DNA of 64,000 nucleotides from Nemertoderma westbladi (Eukaryota; Animalia; Xenacoelomorpha). The DNA lies in the NCBI GenBank assembly GCA_032718475.1, contig JAUCBJ010003511.1:1-64000 (forward strand), read 5' to 3'. Below the pieces are notes generated by a model, which saw only the letters and a list, made by a program, of their open reading frames with translations, was not told the origin of the DNA and made no database searches. Shown here one piece after another: positions 13,225 through 25,075 of this stretch (its first letter is position 1; each line of letters begins with the position of its first letter). Both the position numbers and the translations under genes were made by a program.

Positions 13225-15648
13225 CAGTCCCGCTCACCAACAGAGTGCCATCGGATCCGATCTGAACAGATCGGATCCAACAGCTTCAAACACTTTCAGA
13301 CAAACTCTAACAGTCCAACAACTTCAAACAGATTCAGACAGCTTCAAACAAATTCACACAGTTTCAAACAGAATCAGACAACTTCCAACAACCTGTCAAT
13401 CACTCCACCCACACACAACTCCAACTCAACTCCCATCTTCTTGCGCGCAGACAGAGTGAAAGCGTTTGAAACTACTAAAGGAACTCCATACATAAAGCCA
13501 CAATAACGACGTGGACTGGCCACTGGCGGCGCCCTTGAGCGTGAACATTCACACTGTAACTTAAGCCGACCTGAAGGAACAGCCCATTAGTGAGGTCGGT
13601 ATTTCTCTTTATTCCTGTCGCTATCTTTGTATAACACAATAGCAGAAAGCTAACCAGTGGTCTACCCCCAATACAAGAAAGCCAAGTTGGCTACCATTGA
13701 AATGAATGGGGAATGGAATTCTGTGTTCACATACTAATGTCGCTTTGGGTTGGTCTAAACAGAGCCATACAATAGAGCTTTACCAAAATACAAGAGCCAA
13801 GCAGCCGCGGTATAGGTCCAAAATGCCCATGTAGAATTTCTTCGAATAAGGCTCAATTTCGTTAACTTACATTAATTAAAATACTGATAGATATATTTTG
13901 CTTTTCGCGGGAGAGAACAGTCTCCCCCTCTGCAGTTAATATAGTGTACGTACATTGTGTTAATTATATCGTTGCGTTTATTTATATTTATACAGGTTTG
14001 GATATGATCTGTACTAGTTTGATTTTTGTTTTGTCAATTAATTGTGCAGTTAATTTGTCAATCACAGCCTTAATTGGCTACATTGCTTCTTGTATGAATG
14101 AATATAATTGGTTATTAAGACATTATTTTAATTAGTATCTGGTGTGATTAGGTCTACCTTTTACATAACAACAGTACGGCAATGGCGGATATACATTAAT
14201 TACATCATAATATGGCAGTTACGTGAAAACATGTAAGGGCCTTCACATTCCCAATTCTGTAACTAATCTATTATGTTGTTCAATACTACTTTATGATATT
14301 CATTCACATTTAACATTAACAGCCACGTTTTATCACCCCCCCCCCCCCCCTTCCCTCCCCCTCCAATGTGACAAACTATCACGATATGTTGGCGTTGGGC
14401 CCCATCCCTACGACCACCCTCCCTTGCGAAGGGTTAGGGGGGTCTTTCGACCCAAAGGGTAGTGATAATATTCAAAATAAATTATTAATTAAATAAATAA
14501 TTAAATTAAATATTCAAAATGTAATACGTAATTTTATTCTTAAATTGGTACTTTTGGATGCTCAATTATTTAATGTAAGATAGAGCGATATTGTGTTACA
14601 AAATAAACTGAACTGTAGTAATTTTACTGTATTGCTTCCATAGTTTCTGCAAATGAGCAAAACAAATTATGAACTCCTTAGTGAACTGCCTTACTCAATG
14701 TTAAATAATTTAATGTACTCGAATATTTCTTACGTAACTAAGGAACCGCTTAACAACATAAACCAATATTGGATATTGAGTCCGTTTCGAAGTTCGCCTT
14801 GCAGAGACTAAAGTTGCAATAACTTTTGAGTGTGTGAATATAATTTACTCAAATAGGGTAGGTGCGCGAAAAATAGTTGGATTAGAAGTATTACGTGCAA
14901 ACATTTCTATTTCGATGCGCTTTCAACACAACTAATAAAATTTACCAAAAATATTTTTTTCACTCATTGTAAAATTATAGTTACTGTTTGCTTAATCTGT
15001 TTGTGTTTATATCTGTTTATGTGCAGTATTTATTGCCCTACGTCAAAGAAACTAATATATTATAGCATTATTTACATTTCTAATTAAGGAATTAAAAACG
15101 TGTTGGTGTTATTATATTCATTTATCGGAATTTATATTATAGGAATTAATATTCCTTTCTGCATGCTAATTAATTAATTGATATAATTAACGACATAATT
15201 ATGTAAATAAAAATTGTTAAATGAAACAAATCTTTGTTTCGATTTATAATTGACAATAGCACACCCTCACAATCACTTCAAATTGAGAGTAAAAGTGATT
15301 GACATTTTGTTAACGAACTACACTTTTGTAAGGCATTGGTAAATTCCAACAATTTCCGATGGCGTCAAACAGCTTCAGACAAATTCAAACAGCTTCAGAC
15401 AATTTCAAACATCTTCAGACAATTTCAAACAACTTCAGATAGCTTCCAACAACATCCAACAGAAATTTCAAACACTTTCAGATGGATTTCAGACAGATTC
15501 AGATGGGCTCCAACAGACTAAACTTGTTGGAAATATTTTCTCCAACAGAATCAAACAGTACTAAATCTCCGCATTGTGCTTGTTTGAAGCTGTCAGAGTG
15601 TGTTGGATCCGATAGGATCCGATGGCACTCTGTTGGTGAGCGGGACTG
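13225..15648. mobile_element. Non-autonomous TIR DNA transposon, Tc1/mariner-type ends (2424 bp)
   Basis: Perfect 34-bp TIR CAGTCCCGCTCACCAACAGAGTGCCATCGGATCC; TA on both sides (13223-13224, 15649-15650); subterminal AACAGCTTCARAC micro-repeats; no transposase inside. Confidence 0.9.
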
Positions 15649-15724
15649 TAGTTGCTGAACCTGGAGCCTCTGCATTAGGGTGGGTCATAAAAATCAAAAG
15701 TCCACGAATTACATAGGAACTTAC

Positions 15725-16127
15725 CCAAAAGGTGAGGTTATGTGTCCATAAAACATGGACGTTTGATAATAGGATTACTATTATCTTTTATGAAAAATGC
15801 CCCGTTAAATTCGGGCTCCAAAACAGCCACTGTCGATCCAATCCCCATGTCATCAAATCTAAGAATGTTTGCAGGCCTCGCCAATGTTGTGGTAAACAGG
15901 AGGGCAATACTACCCCCAACATTTGCCAATACTATCGTTCTGTCGAACCGTTTCTCCATGGAAATGTTCGTACGTTTGCTGGCGTTTCGCATTTTGTTAA
16001 ATTCAATACAGTGACGATGACCACTTGTCATCCATGACTGGTTCATCACCCGTTAGAAGCCAAGCGCTTATCAGCCCATTGAAGGACCTCCTTTCGAAGG
16101 GATGTTCCCCAATCACCGCGTTATCCA
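15725..16127 (-). pseudogene. Exon of the unnamed accessory ORF family (frameshifted)
   Basis: Acceptor TTTTATGCAG then ATG: MDNAVIGEHPFERRSF...; RFDRTIVLANVGGSIALLFTTTLARPANILRFDDMGIGSTVAVLEPEFNGAFFI, strongly similar to 44450-44640; GTAAGT donor near 15724. Confidence 0.65.
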
Positions 16128-18666
16128 TAATCTGCATAAAATAGTTGTAATTATTTCTATATTTTGTTTATTTTTATATTTTATATTTGTATTTTATATT
16201 AATTAAGTAAATTAATGAATTAAAATGAAACTTTATGACGTAAATATAACTACATAATTTATACCACATATTAAGGATAGGTGTAGAGAACATCCACCGT
16301 TGGAAATCCTCCAACATATTCCCCTCCCGACTCGAATCCCGAAATGGAAGTAGATATGTTCAACGTTGATGAGATCAATGACGAGGACATTGTAGCTACA
16401 TTTGAACAAAAGGGAGTGGTTGGCCCTACATTATTCGCAATTAGATATTCTGGAATGTTTTGAATTAAAATTAATTGTTTCGGCATAACCTACCTATATT
16501 GTTAACATTGTTCATGCAATATTTTTTTACTAGCTATTGATATAATCTATTTGAAATCTATAATGTTTTATAACTATTTATTTATGATTGGGTCGCAATT
16601 GTTCGGGTTGCAATTGTCCGGGTGGACAAAACTTCATAATTATTACATAAATTTAAATTTAAAACAAAAGATATTGAAAATTAAATCTAAAATAACCTGT
16701 TACTTCGAGTCTGATAGCGTGAATTTTATTTATCATTTTTGAATAGGTTTAATTATTGTTTTCAACTATAATACATATGCCTAAATTTAAAAACACTTAC
16801 TCTCATCTGGTTTAGTGTGAAAAAGAGCGACGTGAACTGCCACGACGAAAATACGTGTGGCAGAACATAGACCAGACGATCGGTAGTGATGTCCTGCAAC
16901 AGGAACAACATTTCAGGACAAACATGTCCTGAAAGTTGCCCATCCCCTTAAGTCCACGGCAAACCCCCCCCCCCCCCCCACAGACTTTCTGCATTGTCGA
17001 TGTAAATGATGAAAATTTGTTTTCTAGACAACATCGAGCCAGACATGTAAGGGGACACTTACACACAGTTCAAAGGCGGAACAGCTGGGGAAACAGAAAG
17101 TCATACTTAATAGAAAAACTGAAGACAGGCATTATAAACAATCCGACAGACAAAAATGTATTTGAGCCTTTAGCTTGTGCGGTCCATTGACTATTGATTT
17201 ATATACATCACTTAAGGACTACAAAGACTTTGTAAACAAAAAGAGGAAAAAATACTATGAAATCATAAAGAAAAGGGAATACCCACAGGCCAGAGAACAA
17301 CAAGCACAATTGGATACAGCCACGACTAATCTTGATGAACATGAATCACATACTGCGTGCGGCAAGACGGGTTGTCCCATGGAAAGGTAAAAAATTATTC
17401 ACCCAACAAACAAAGAATACTGTGTTGCGAACACATGTGCAACTTACAAAGCACACAAAAAAAACAAAAATGCAATGAATCCAACTTAGTAACCAAGGCC
17501 TGTGATTAGCTAATTTAGAATTCATAAGCTGTTTGTAGTTGAAAACTTTCTGGATGCCAAGAATGGATTGTACTATTAATAATAAATTCAGACGTAACTA
17601 AGTATTTCATTACGGAAAACAATTAACAAAAAATATGTGAATGCTACTTTTTAATATTATAAAATTGGATTCTTGTTTAAATCAAACAAACATGTAAATA
17701 ATGAGTTCTGTGGTGTACATTATCATACATTATCTGGCCCTCAAGCATAGCTGCATAGACCTTGCTTCTTTGTATCTTGACGTAGTGGACATTGGCCTTG
17801 TATTGTTCATATCCAACCAGTGTCTATCTCTCTCTGGGAAGCCAAGCACATAAGGTAGACTCCATTATGTGGTTTACTTTTACTGGTAGTAGGTGCCACC
17901 AGCACCACCACAGCACTGTCGTGTGTATGAACAGACATGTCTTGATTATGTGGATTCTATTAGACATATTTTATTTAATTTTGTCAAACATATCAACAAT
18001 ATGCGTATACATACCGAATACGGTATGTATTCGGATCTACCACAGCAGTAACACTTAAGAGGGAAATTGTAGTCGGAAATATCCTAACTCAAAAAATGGG
18101 GAGGAGATGGGAAAGAGTTGTAGTGACATAATTCTACATTTGAAAGGGGTATATTCACACATATCTCAAAAGTTAGGCGAGGCTGCTAGTACATATAAAA
18201 TAATACACCAAAATCACACATACATTTTCGCAACTGGACAGTCGTACATAAAGTATCTCGATAATAATAGTGGGAGGTAGGGGGGTGGGTGATAAATATT
18301 TATATAGTTTAATAAAAATATACTAACGGAGAAACAGACAAACCAAAATAAATTTCATGTCGATGATCAAAAAAAACAACTGTAAAATAATTTATTAATT
18401 TTTAAAACTTTTATTAATAAAATTAACTAACATTCATTGCAGCATTCCCAATGAACATGGCGGTAAAGACAATTTTTGACAATTTTCAAGATATGGTATT
18501 TTGCCTTATCTCGGAAGTATAGCGTTAAAAAATTTATACAAATACAATATTTTAAAAATACAAATAAAATAAATAAAATAATATGGCTACTGCAAGCTAT
18601 ACTCTAAATAAGTGAATTATAAATTTAGTGTGAATGATATTCACATTTTAAATTGCATTTGCATAC

Positions 18667-18863
18667 CTGCCCACTGCCTGAAACCAAACTGTTGTGTTGG
18701 AGACACACTCGTTATATGCAACTTCGGCGGCTCAAAGACCCGTTGACCCATTTCATCCACCGTCGAAGTCGACGACTTGGACCAGCCACAGATATCCCAT
18801 CCTCCCCCGTAGCGAGCGACCTCCGCTTGATCATGAGCACGAAGCTCCTCATTGCTAATCCTC
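18667..18863 (-). pseudogene. GC-rich exon-like fragment, possibly the C-terminus of the accessory ORF family
   Basis: Stop-free frame missing from the ORF track: RISNEELRAHDQAEVARYGGGWDICGWSKSSTSTVDEMGQRVFEPPKLHITSVSPTQQF; bounded by CAG and GTATGC. Confidence 0.45.
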
Positions 18864-19378
18864 TGATCAATACACTATATTGGAAGGAAGTTTAATAATA
18901 TAATTATACGAAGTTCTACTATTTAATATTGTTACTATTACTACTATAAGTAAGCATCCAACTCATATTAGCCTTAAAAAAAATTATCAGACGACTAATA
19001 TAACTGTAAATAATTTGGCTTAGAATTTGCATACCATGTAATAGGGACCTTACGCTTACATGTATGCAGTAGCGTGTGGGCGTAGCTATTGGTGCAGGCG
19101 TAGGTGTGAAAACTTATGTCGGATATTCTTAATCAATTTCGATAAATGTACGTTTTCAAAAGTTCTATTATGGTAATTAAAATATTCAGCATTAGGCGTC
19201 CTACTAACAGCCTCATTTAATATAAAAACATTAATTGTATATTCTTAAAAATTTTTATCATAAGTGAATTATCATGAAGTAGGCCTACTTTTTGCAAATA
19301 CGAAAAATTATGTGGTAGTCAACTCAACTCGCAAAGTATTACTGAACCTTTATTCCATTTGTCTATACATACACGTTC

Positions 19379-19988
19379 GTGGGGACTTCGCGCAGCACGT
19401 AGTCGGCAAGCCTTGGTATACGGTTCATATAGAGCAAATGGGGCATGTCTAGTTTGGACCCCATATCCCATGCTATAAATGTATTCATTCGATATACAAT
19501 CATATGTTAATCCGCTAGGTGGTGTCAAATTGTTATTCTGCAATTTCGTACTTACCAGTGCAGCACTGTACAGCAGTACCGTACCGGTAGGCCTATGTCA
19601 TTACTTCTGAGTCTCTAGCGGATCCCCAATTAAATGTCTTAACTTTTCAATTTCGTAAAAGATAGACTTCATGATTCTCTACAGGCCACCAAAATTTCAG
19701 CTCAGGAAAATGAGGCCTTCCCGAGAAATTTAACATTTTCTAAAAACCACATAAACTGTCGTAGCTGACGACAGACTGCATGATTTTTCACCAAACTTTA
19801 CAAACTTTCTAAACTTTCTCTCTACTACTTACCTACTAAGTTTGGTTCAATTCCGAACCAGCGATGCCGAGAAATTCGCGTTCAAACATTTACCAGACAG
19901 ACAGACAGACAGACAGACAGACGGACATGCCCCATTTGCCCTATATGAACCGTATGCCAAGGCTCGCCGACTACGTGTCTCGCCCCAC
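19379..19988. mobile_element. HINE/DINE-like non-autonomous rolling-circle-type element
   Basis: About 55-bp inverted repeats (19396-19449 and 19924-19977) with an adjacent (CAGA)n microsatellite and AAGTTTGGTTCAATTCCG core, an architecture described for DINE-1/HINE elements. Confidence 0.65.
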
Positions 19989-20399
19989 AGTTGATTTAGG
20001 AAACATTACATATCAATGCTAAAATAGCAATGCTGTTTATATCTATTCATAAACTAATTACTAACGTTCAAGTACTCTCCTTCTACGAACAACAGTGTGA
20101 ATGAGTTCGAATTGAAGGGCTCATGTCGCAGAGGCACTCCCTTCTCGTTGACAGCCTGTGGAATATCAATATCTGTCGATATTACCCACCTCCTTTCCTT
20201 TGAATATGTTGTGGAATAACAGGGACATGTATGGAACAAACCATACGTGCCCTCACACATCACCCCACTACAAACTGAGGTTAGGCGAATCTACAATTAA
20301 AATTAGTAACAATACAGTAAATACTAGACTAAGTGTAGGTCCCTCATGAGGAAGAAGAGAAGATCAGGTCTTCGATCATGGGCAACACAACTGATGGCC

Positions 20400-21965
20400 A
20401 AGGATCTGTCTACTTTCACGTTCAACGAACTGGAATTGCATCAACGCTATGCTGGTAACTCAAAAGGATATTGAAAAGGTAGACCAAGATATTTACACAA
20501 TTGTTGATATTGATCAAATTTAGAAGGCGATTTTTGATGCCAATTCTTATCATAGTGTATTAAATAAATATATTTATGAGATAAAATTGTCTCTGTCTAA
20601 GGTAAAAACTTCTGAGGAAGCTGAAGCTACTTTTTTTACATTCTGATCCCGTAGCCACAGGATCAACCAATATAACTCCACGCATTTACCAAAATTAGAT
20701 CTTCAAAAATTTGATGGTAACGTAGAAGAAATAGTTTTGAATCCGTTGTCCACAAAACCAATCTACCAGCTATAAAAAAGTTTCAATACTTGCATAGTAT
20801 AGTACCTTAGATGGCGCAGCAAAGATATCATGCAAAGGTTTGTCCTTGACTTCAGATAATTATCCGGTGGCTATTAAATTGCTTAAGGATCGTTTTTTAG
20901 AAAATGAAAAGATAATTGATTCACATATGGATAAATTAGAATCCATTGATGCTGTTACCTCTACCAATGCAAGGGTATTAAGGAATTTTTTAGACAAATG
21001 TCTTGTCCACATTAGATCTTTGGAATCTCTGGGTTTAGATCAACAGTGCTTGGGAATTTCAATTACGAGTAAGATACTAGAAAAGGTCCCTGAAGAAATC
21101 AGGTTGGAAACAATGCAGCAATGCAAACAAAACAAAACGAATCCAAGGGATCTGGCAAAAGTATTAGAATATCTAGATAACGAAATTGAAAATAGGGAAT
21201 TAATTGAAATTACTACACCCAAGACTATTTGTAAACCAGCAAATAAATACCAAGATCAACAACAAACAGCGAAAGCATATAAATCAGTTCCTACAATGTC
21301 TGCTTGTGTTTTTAATGCTGAAAAACGAACAAGAGAATTTGTAGATCAAGACCAATTTGTGTTTATTGCAAAACTGTCAATCATAAATCAGATGCTTGTG
21401 ATGTGGTCACTGGTATTTCTAAAAGAAAAGAATTGCTCGTAAAAGAAGGCCGCTGCTATAATTGTATCGAACTAAAACATACCAAGGCTTTTTGTAAAAG
21501 CCGTGGTCGATGTAAACATTGTAAAGGTAGACATCATAGTTCAATTTGCGAAAATTCTAATAGAATTTCAAACGCAACAACTTCTGTATCAAATTCCAAT
21601 AACGATAATTTATGTCTTTCCAGTAATATTTCTAGTGAAGTTTTACAGGCTGAAGCTATGGAAAACGTCATATACACGACGTCTATAAAGAGAGGACCTC
21701 GAGCAGGGTGCTACTGTGAACAGCTCGAGTTGATTGTGTTAATCCAAAAACTGGAATGACAATGCCGGTTCGGGTATTCTTTGATCCAGGAAGTCATCAA
21801 TCTTACATAGTAGAGAGGGTTCACTGTGAGTTGGAATTACAAAGCATTGATAACGTTAACATTAATATTAATACATTTATGTCGGAACAATTTGAGCATA
21901 AACAACTAAACCTTGTGGAATGCATTTTAAAGAAAGAAAATCATTATCGCCCCCTAGCTGCAGAC
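20400..21965 (+). mobile_element. Bel/Pao gag (DUF1759, zinc knuckles) and aspartic protease, degenerate
   Basis: HLPKLDLQKFDGN, KKFQYL, DNYPVAIKLLKDRF, RCYNCIELKH..AFCKSRGRCKHCKGRHHSSIC, VRVFFDPGSHQSYI; several frameshifts. Confidence 0.92.
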
Positions 21966-22290
21966 AATTGAATATTACAGTCTAGGATTCATTTCGTTCT
22001 ATTTGTATTACTGCACCCACTAGAGGGACCTACCACACTAACCTTATCTACATATGTATGAAGATCACCAGAAGTACCTCCACTCACACAATCTAATGGC
22101 ACAGACACACCAGAACTCTCAGCCACACGCCCAGCATTATCATCACCCACACGTACATCATCCACAACACAAACACCACCACTGACAATTGAATTCTTCT
22201 CAATAGTTAATTCAGTAGAATTAACATCTACCATCAGTTTATGTATTGTTTTTTCGTTAACCTCCTTTCCCATCTTTCTGACAAATGCAA

Positions 22291-22551
22291 CTAATAGATT
22301 GCACCAAGCGACTTACATTTCATCGATTTTATTTCCAGGTCCACTATCTCTGATTCTAATGTCGTATTGGATCGTTTTGCTATCTTAACCAACTGTCCAG
22401 CTTTGTTTGGTGATATTTTGTGTGTTGATGTTAGATGATCTTTTAAATATTTTAATGTTTTAGAATCAATAGGGCATACTTTCTCGTGGCGAGTTGGTAT
22501 TTTCGTTGCGTTTGCAGCCTCGGACTCATTGGAGTAACCTTGATTAGACAT
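22291..22551 (-). pseudogene. Short ORF with a degenerate C2H2-like finger, similar in type to the N-terminus of the YR gene at 60523
   Basis: KVCPIDSKTLKYLKDHLTSTHKI. Confidence 0.35.
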
Positions 22552-22778
22552 CTAATAAAAAAAATTATATATACTAAATACAATTAAAAAATTATTATAT
22601 TCATGCAATAATAAACTGTCTCAGTGGATCTGTCCCATTTTAACCAATATAATTAAAAACCCACCCACCACCCTAAGCATGCACTCCCTGGGATCCCCTC
22701 TGGTAGTCTGGCAAAATTTAAAAAATATGTTATAGTGTTTGTAACTTACTTGAATTATTGTTATTGCAGTATCATAAG

Positions 22779-23739
22779 AAAGAAGAATCATAAGCAGAAA
22801 TCAGGAAAGAAGAATCATAAGCAGAAATCAGGAAAGAAGAAGCATAAGCAGAAATCAGGAAAGAAGAATCATAAGCAGAAATCAGGAAAGAAGAATTATA
22901 AGCAGAAATCAGGAAAGAAGAATCATAAGCAGAAATCAGGAAAGAAGAAGCATAAGCAGAAATCAGGAAAGAAGAATCATAAGCAGAAATCAGGAAAGAA
23001 GAATCATAAGCAGAAATCAGGAAAGAAGAATCATAAGCAGAAATCAGGAAAGAAGAATCATAAGCAGAAATCAGGAAAGAAGAAGCATAAGCAGAAATCA
23101 GGAAAGAAGAATCATAAGCAGAAATCAGGAAAGAAGAATCATAAGCAGAAATCAGGAAAGAAGAATCATAAGCAGAAATCAGGAAAGAAGAAGCATAAGC
23201 AGAAATCAGGAAAGAAGAATCATAAGCAGAAATCAGGAAAGAAGAATCATAAGCAGAAATCAGGAAAGAAGAATCATAAGCAGAAATCAGGAAAGAAGAA
23301 TCATAAGCAGAAATCAGGAAAGAAGAAGCATAAGCAGAAATCAGGAAAGAAGAATCATAAGCAGAAATCAGGAAAGAAGAATCATAAGCAGAAATCAGGA
23401 AAGAAGGATCATAAGCAGAAATCAGGAAAGAAGAAGCATAAGCAGAAATCAGGAAAGAAGAATCATAAGCAGAAATCAGGAAAGAAGAATCATAAGCAGA
23501 AATCAGGAAAGAAGAATCATAAGCAGAAATCAGGAAAGAAGAATCATAAGCAGAAATCAGGAAAGAAGAAGCATAAGCAGAAATCAGGAAAGAAGAATCA
23601 TAAGCAGAAATCAGGAAAGAAGAATCATAAGCAGAAATCAGGAAAGAAGAATCATAAGCAGAAATCAGGAAAGAAGAATCATAAGCAGAAATCAGGAAAG
23701 AAGAATCATAAGCAGAAATCAGGAAAGAAGAAGCATAAG
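22779..23739. repeat. Minisatellite, 27-bp unit AAAGAAGAATCATAAGCAGAAATCAGG, about 36 copies, with a 9-unit higher-order repeat
   Basis: Directly visible; AAG variant at units 3, 7, 12, 16, 21, 25, 30 and 36. Confidence 0.97.
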
Positions 23740-23888
23740 TATTGATATGCAGCAGATGTAATATCGAATTATTGAGATATTGAGATATATCAAGATATAT
23801 ATTGAGAGTTGACTAAGAAATATTGAGTGATGAATGCATCACTACATCAAATTTCCATAAAATACATACAATATCATAAAGCGTTGAA

Positions 23889-24499
23889 ATAGCATAGCAT
23901 AGCATAGCATAGCATAGCATAGCATAGCATAGCATAGCATTGCATTGCATTGCATAGTATTGCATAGCATTGCATAGCATAGCATAGCATAGCATAGCAT
24001 AGCATAGCATAGCATAGCATAGCATTGCATTGCATTGCATAGCATTGCATAGCATTGCATAGCATTGCATAGCATGCATTGCATTGCATAGCATTGCATA
24101 GCATAGCATTGCATAGCATTGCATTGCATAGCATAGCATTGCATTGCATAGCATTGCATAGCATTGCATAGCATTGCATAGCATAGCATAGCATAGCATA
24201 GCGTAGCATAGCATATCATAGCATTGCATAGCATAGCATTGCATAGCATTGTATAGCATAGCATTGCATAGCATTGCATAGCATTGCATAGCATTGCATA
24301 GCATAGCATTGCATAGCATTGCATAGCATTGCATAGCATTGCATAGCATTGCATAGCATTGCATAGCATTGCATAGCATTGCATAGCATTGTAAAGCATT
24401 GCATAGCATTGCATAGCATAGCATTGCATAGCATTGCATAGCATTGCATAGCATAGCATAGCACAGCCACAGCATAGCATAGCATAGCATAGCATAGCA
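23889..24499. repeat. Compound pentanucleotide microsatellite (ATAGC)n/(ATTGC)n
   Basis: Directly visible; produces spurious CYAML ORFs. Confidence 0.98.
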
Positions 24500-24699
24500 G
24501 AGGGCAACGACCGTAAATATGATACTCCGAGCGGAATTCCCATAAAGAAGCATAGGGAGGAGTATGCGTGGGGACCCTCTTCTTCTACTACTTATTTGAG
24601 CATATTTTAAATGTTTGCCTGATATTCAATTGATGTGTACCGCCTTCTGGCAAAGCGGCACCCAGTTTAAACTATCAATCACAGCTAGTGAGTAGCGAC

Positions 24700-25075
24700 C
24701 CACAGACGGCGACCTTCAAACAAACAGGTGCAGAGCCGGAAATAACTGTCGTGTTGCTGTTTGCTTGGCTTGTGGTCCCATTTGATAAATTAATAGATTT
24801 GGGCAGACTAGGCGGTCGCTCTGACCATATACACTGCGCATCTACAATGCCTAAAACATCTATGGGAACAGCCAATTAGTGAGCTCGACACTTGATAATG
24901 AGGAATTTTTAAAAATACCACTTCCTCAGATATAAAATTACAATAAATTTCGACCTGAATGTAAAAACATAGTATTTATCACGCGGGTGATTGAACCGAC
25001 TGAACCAGTTACAACGCAGTTATTACTCATCCTTAAAGTGATTCGTTGGTGGCGAAGGAAAGATAACCATACGGA
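24700..25075 (+). mobile_element. Decayed GIY-YIG endonuclease end of a Penelope-like element
   Basis: Across frameshifts: VCLACG...GQTRRSL...AHLQCLKHLWEQPISE. Confidence 0.35.

Noticed and set aside
23813-24553. Cys-rich CYAML/CNAMQ ORFs
   Set aside because: Translation artefacts of a pentamer microsatellite that is open in all three frames
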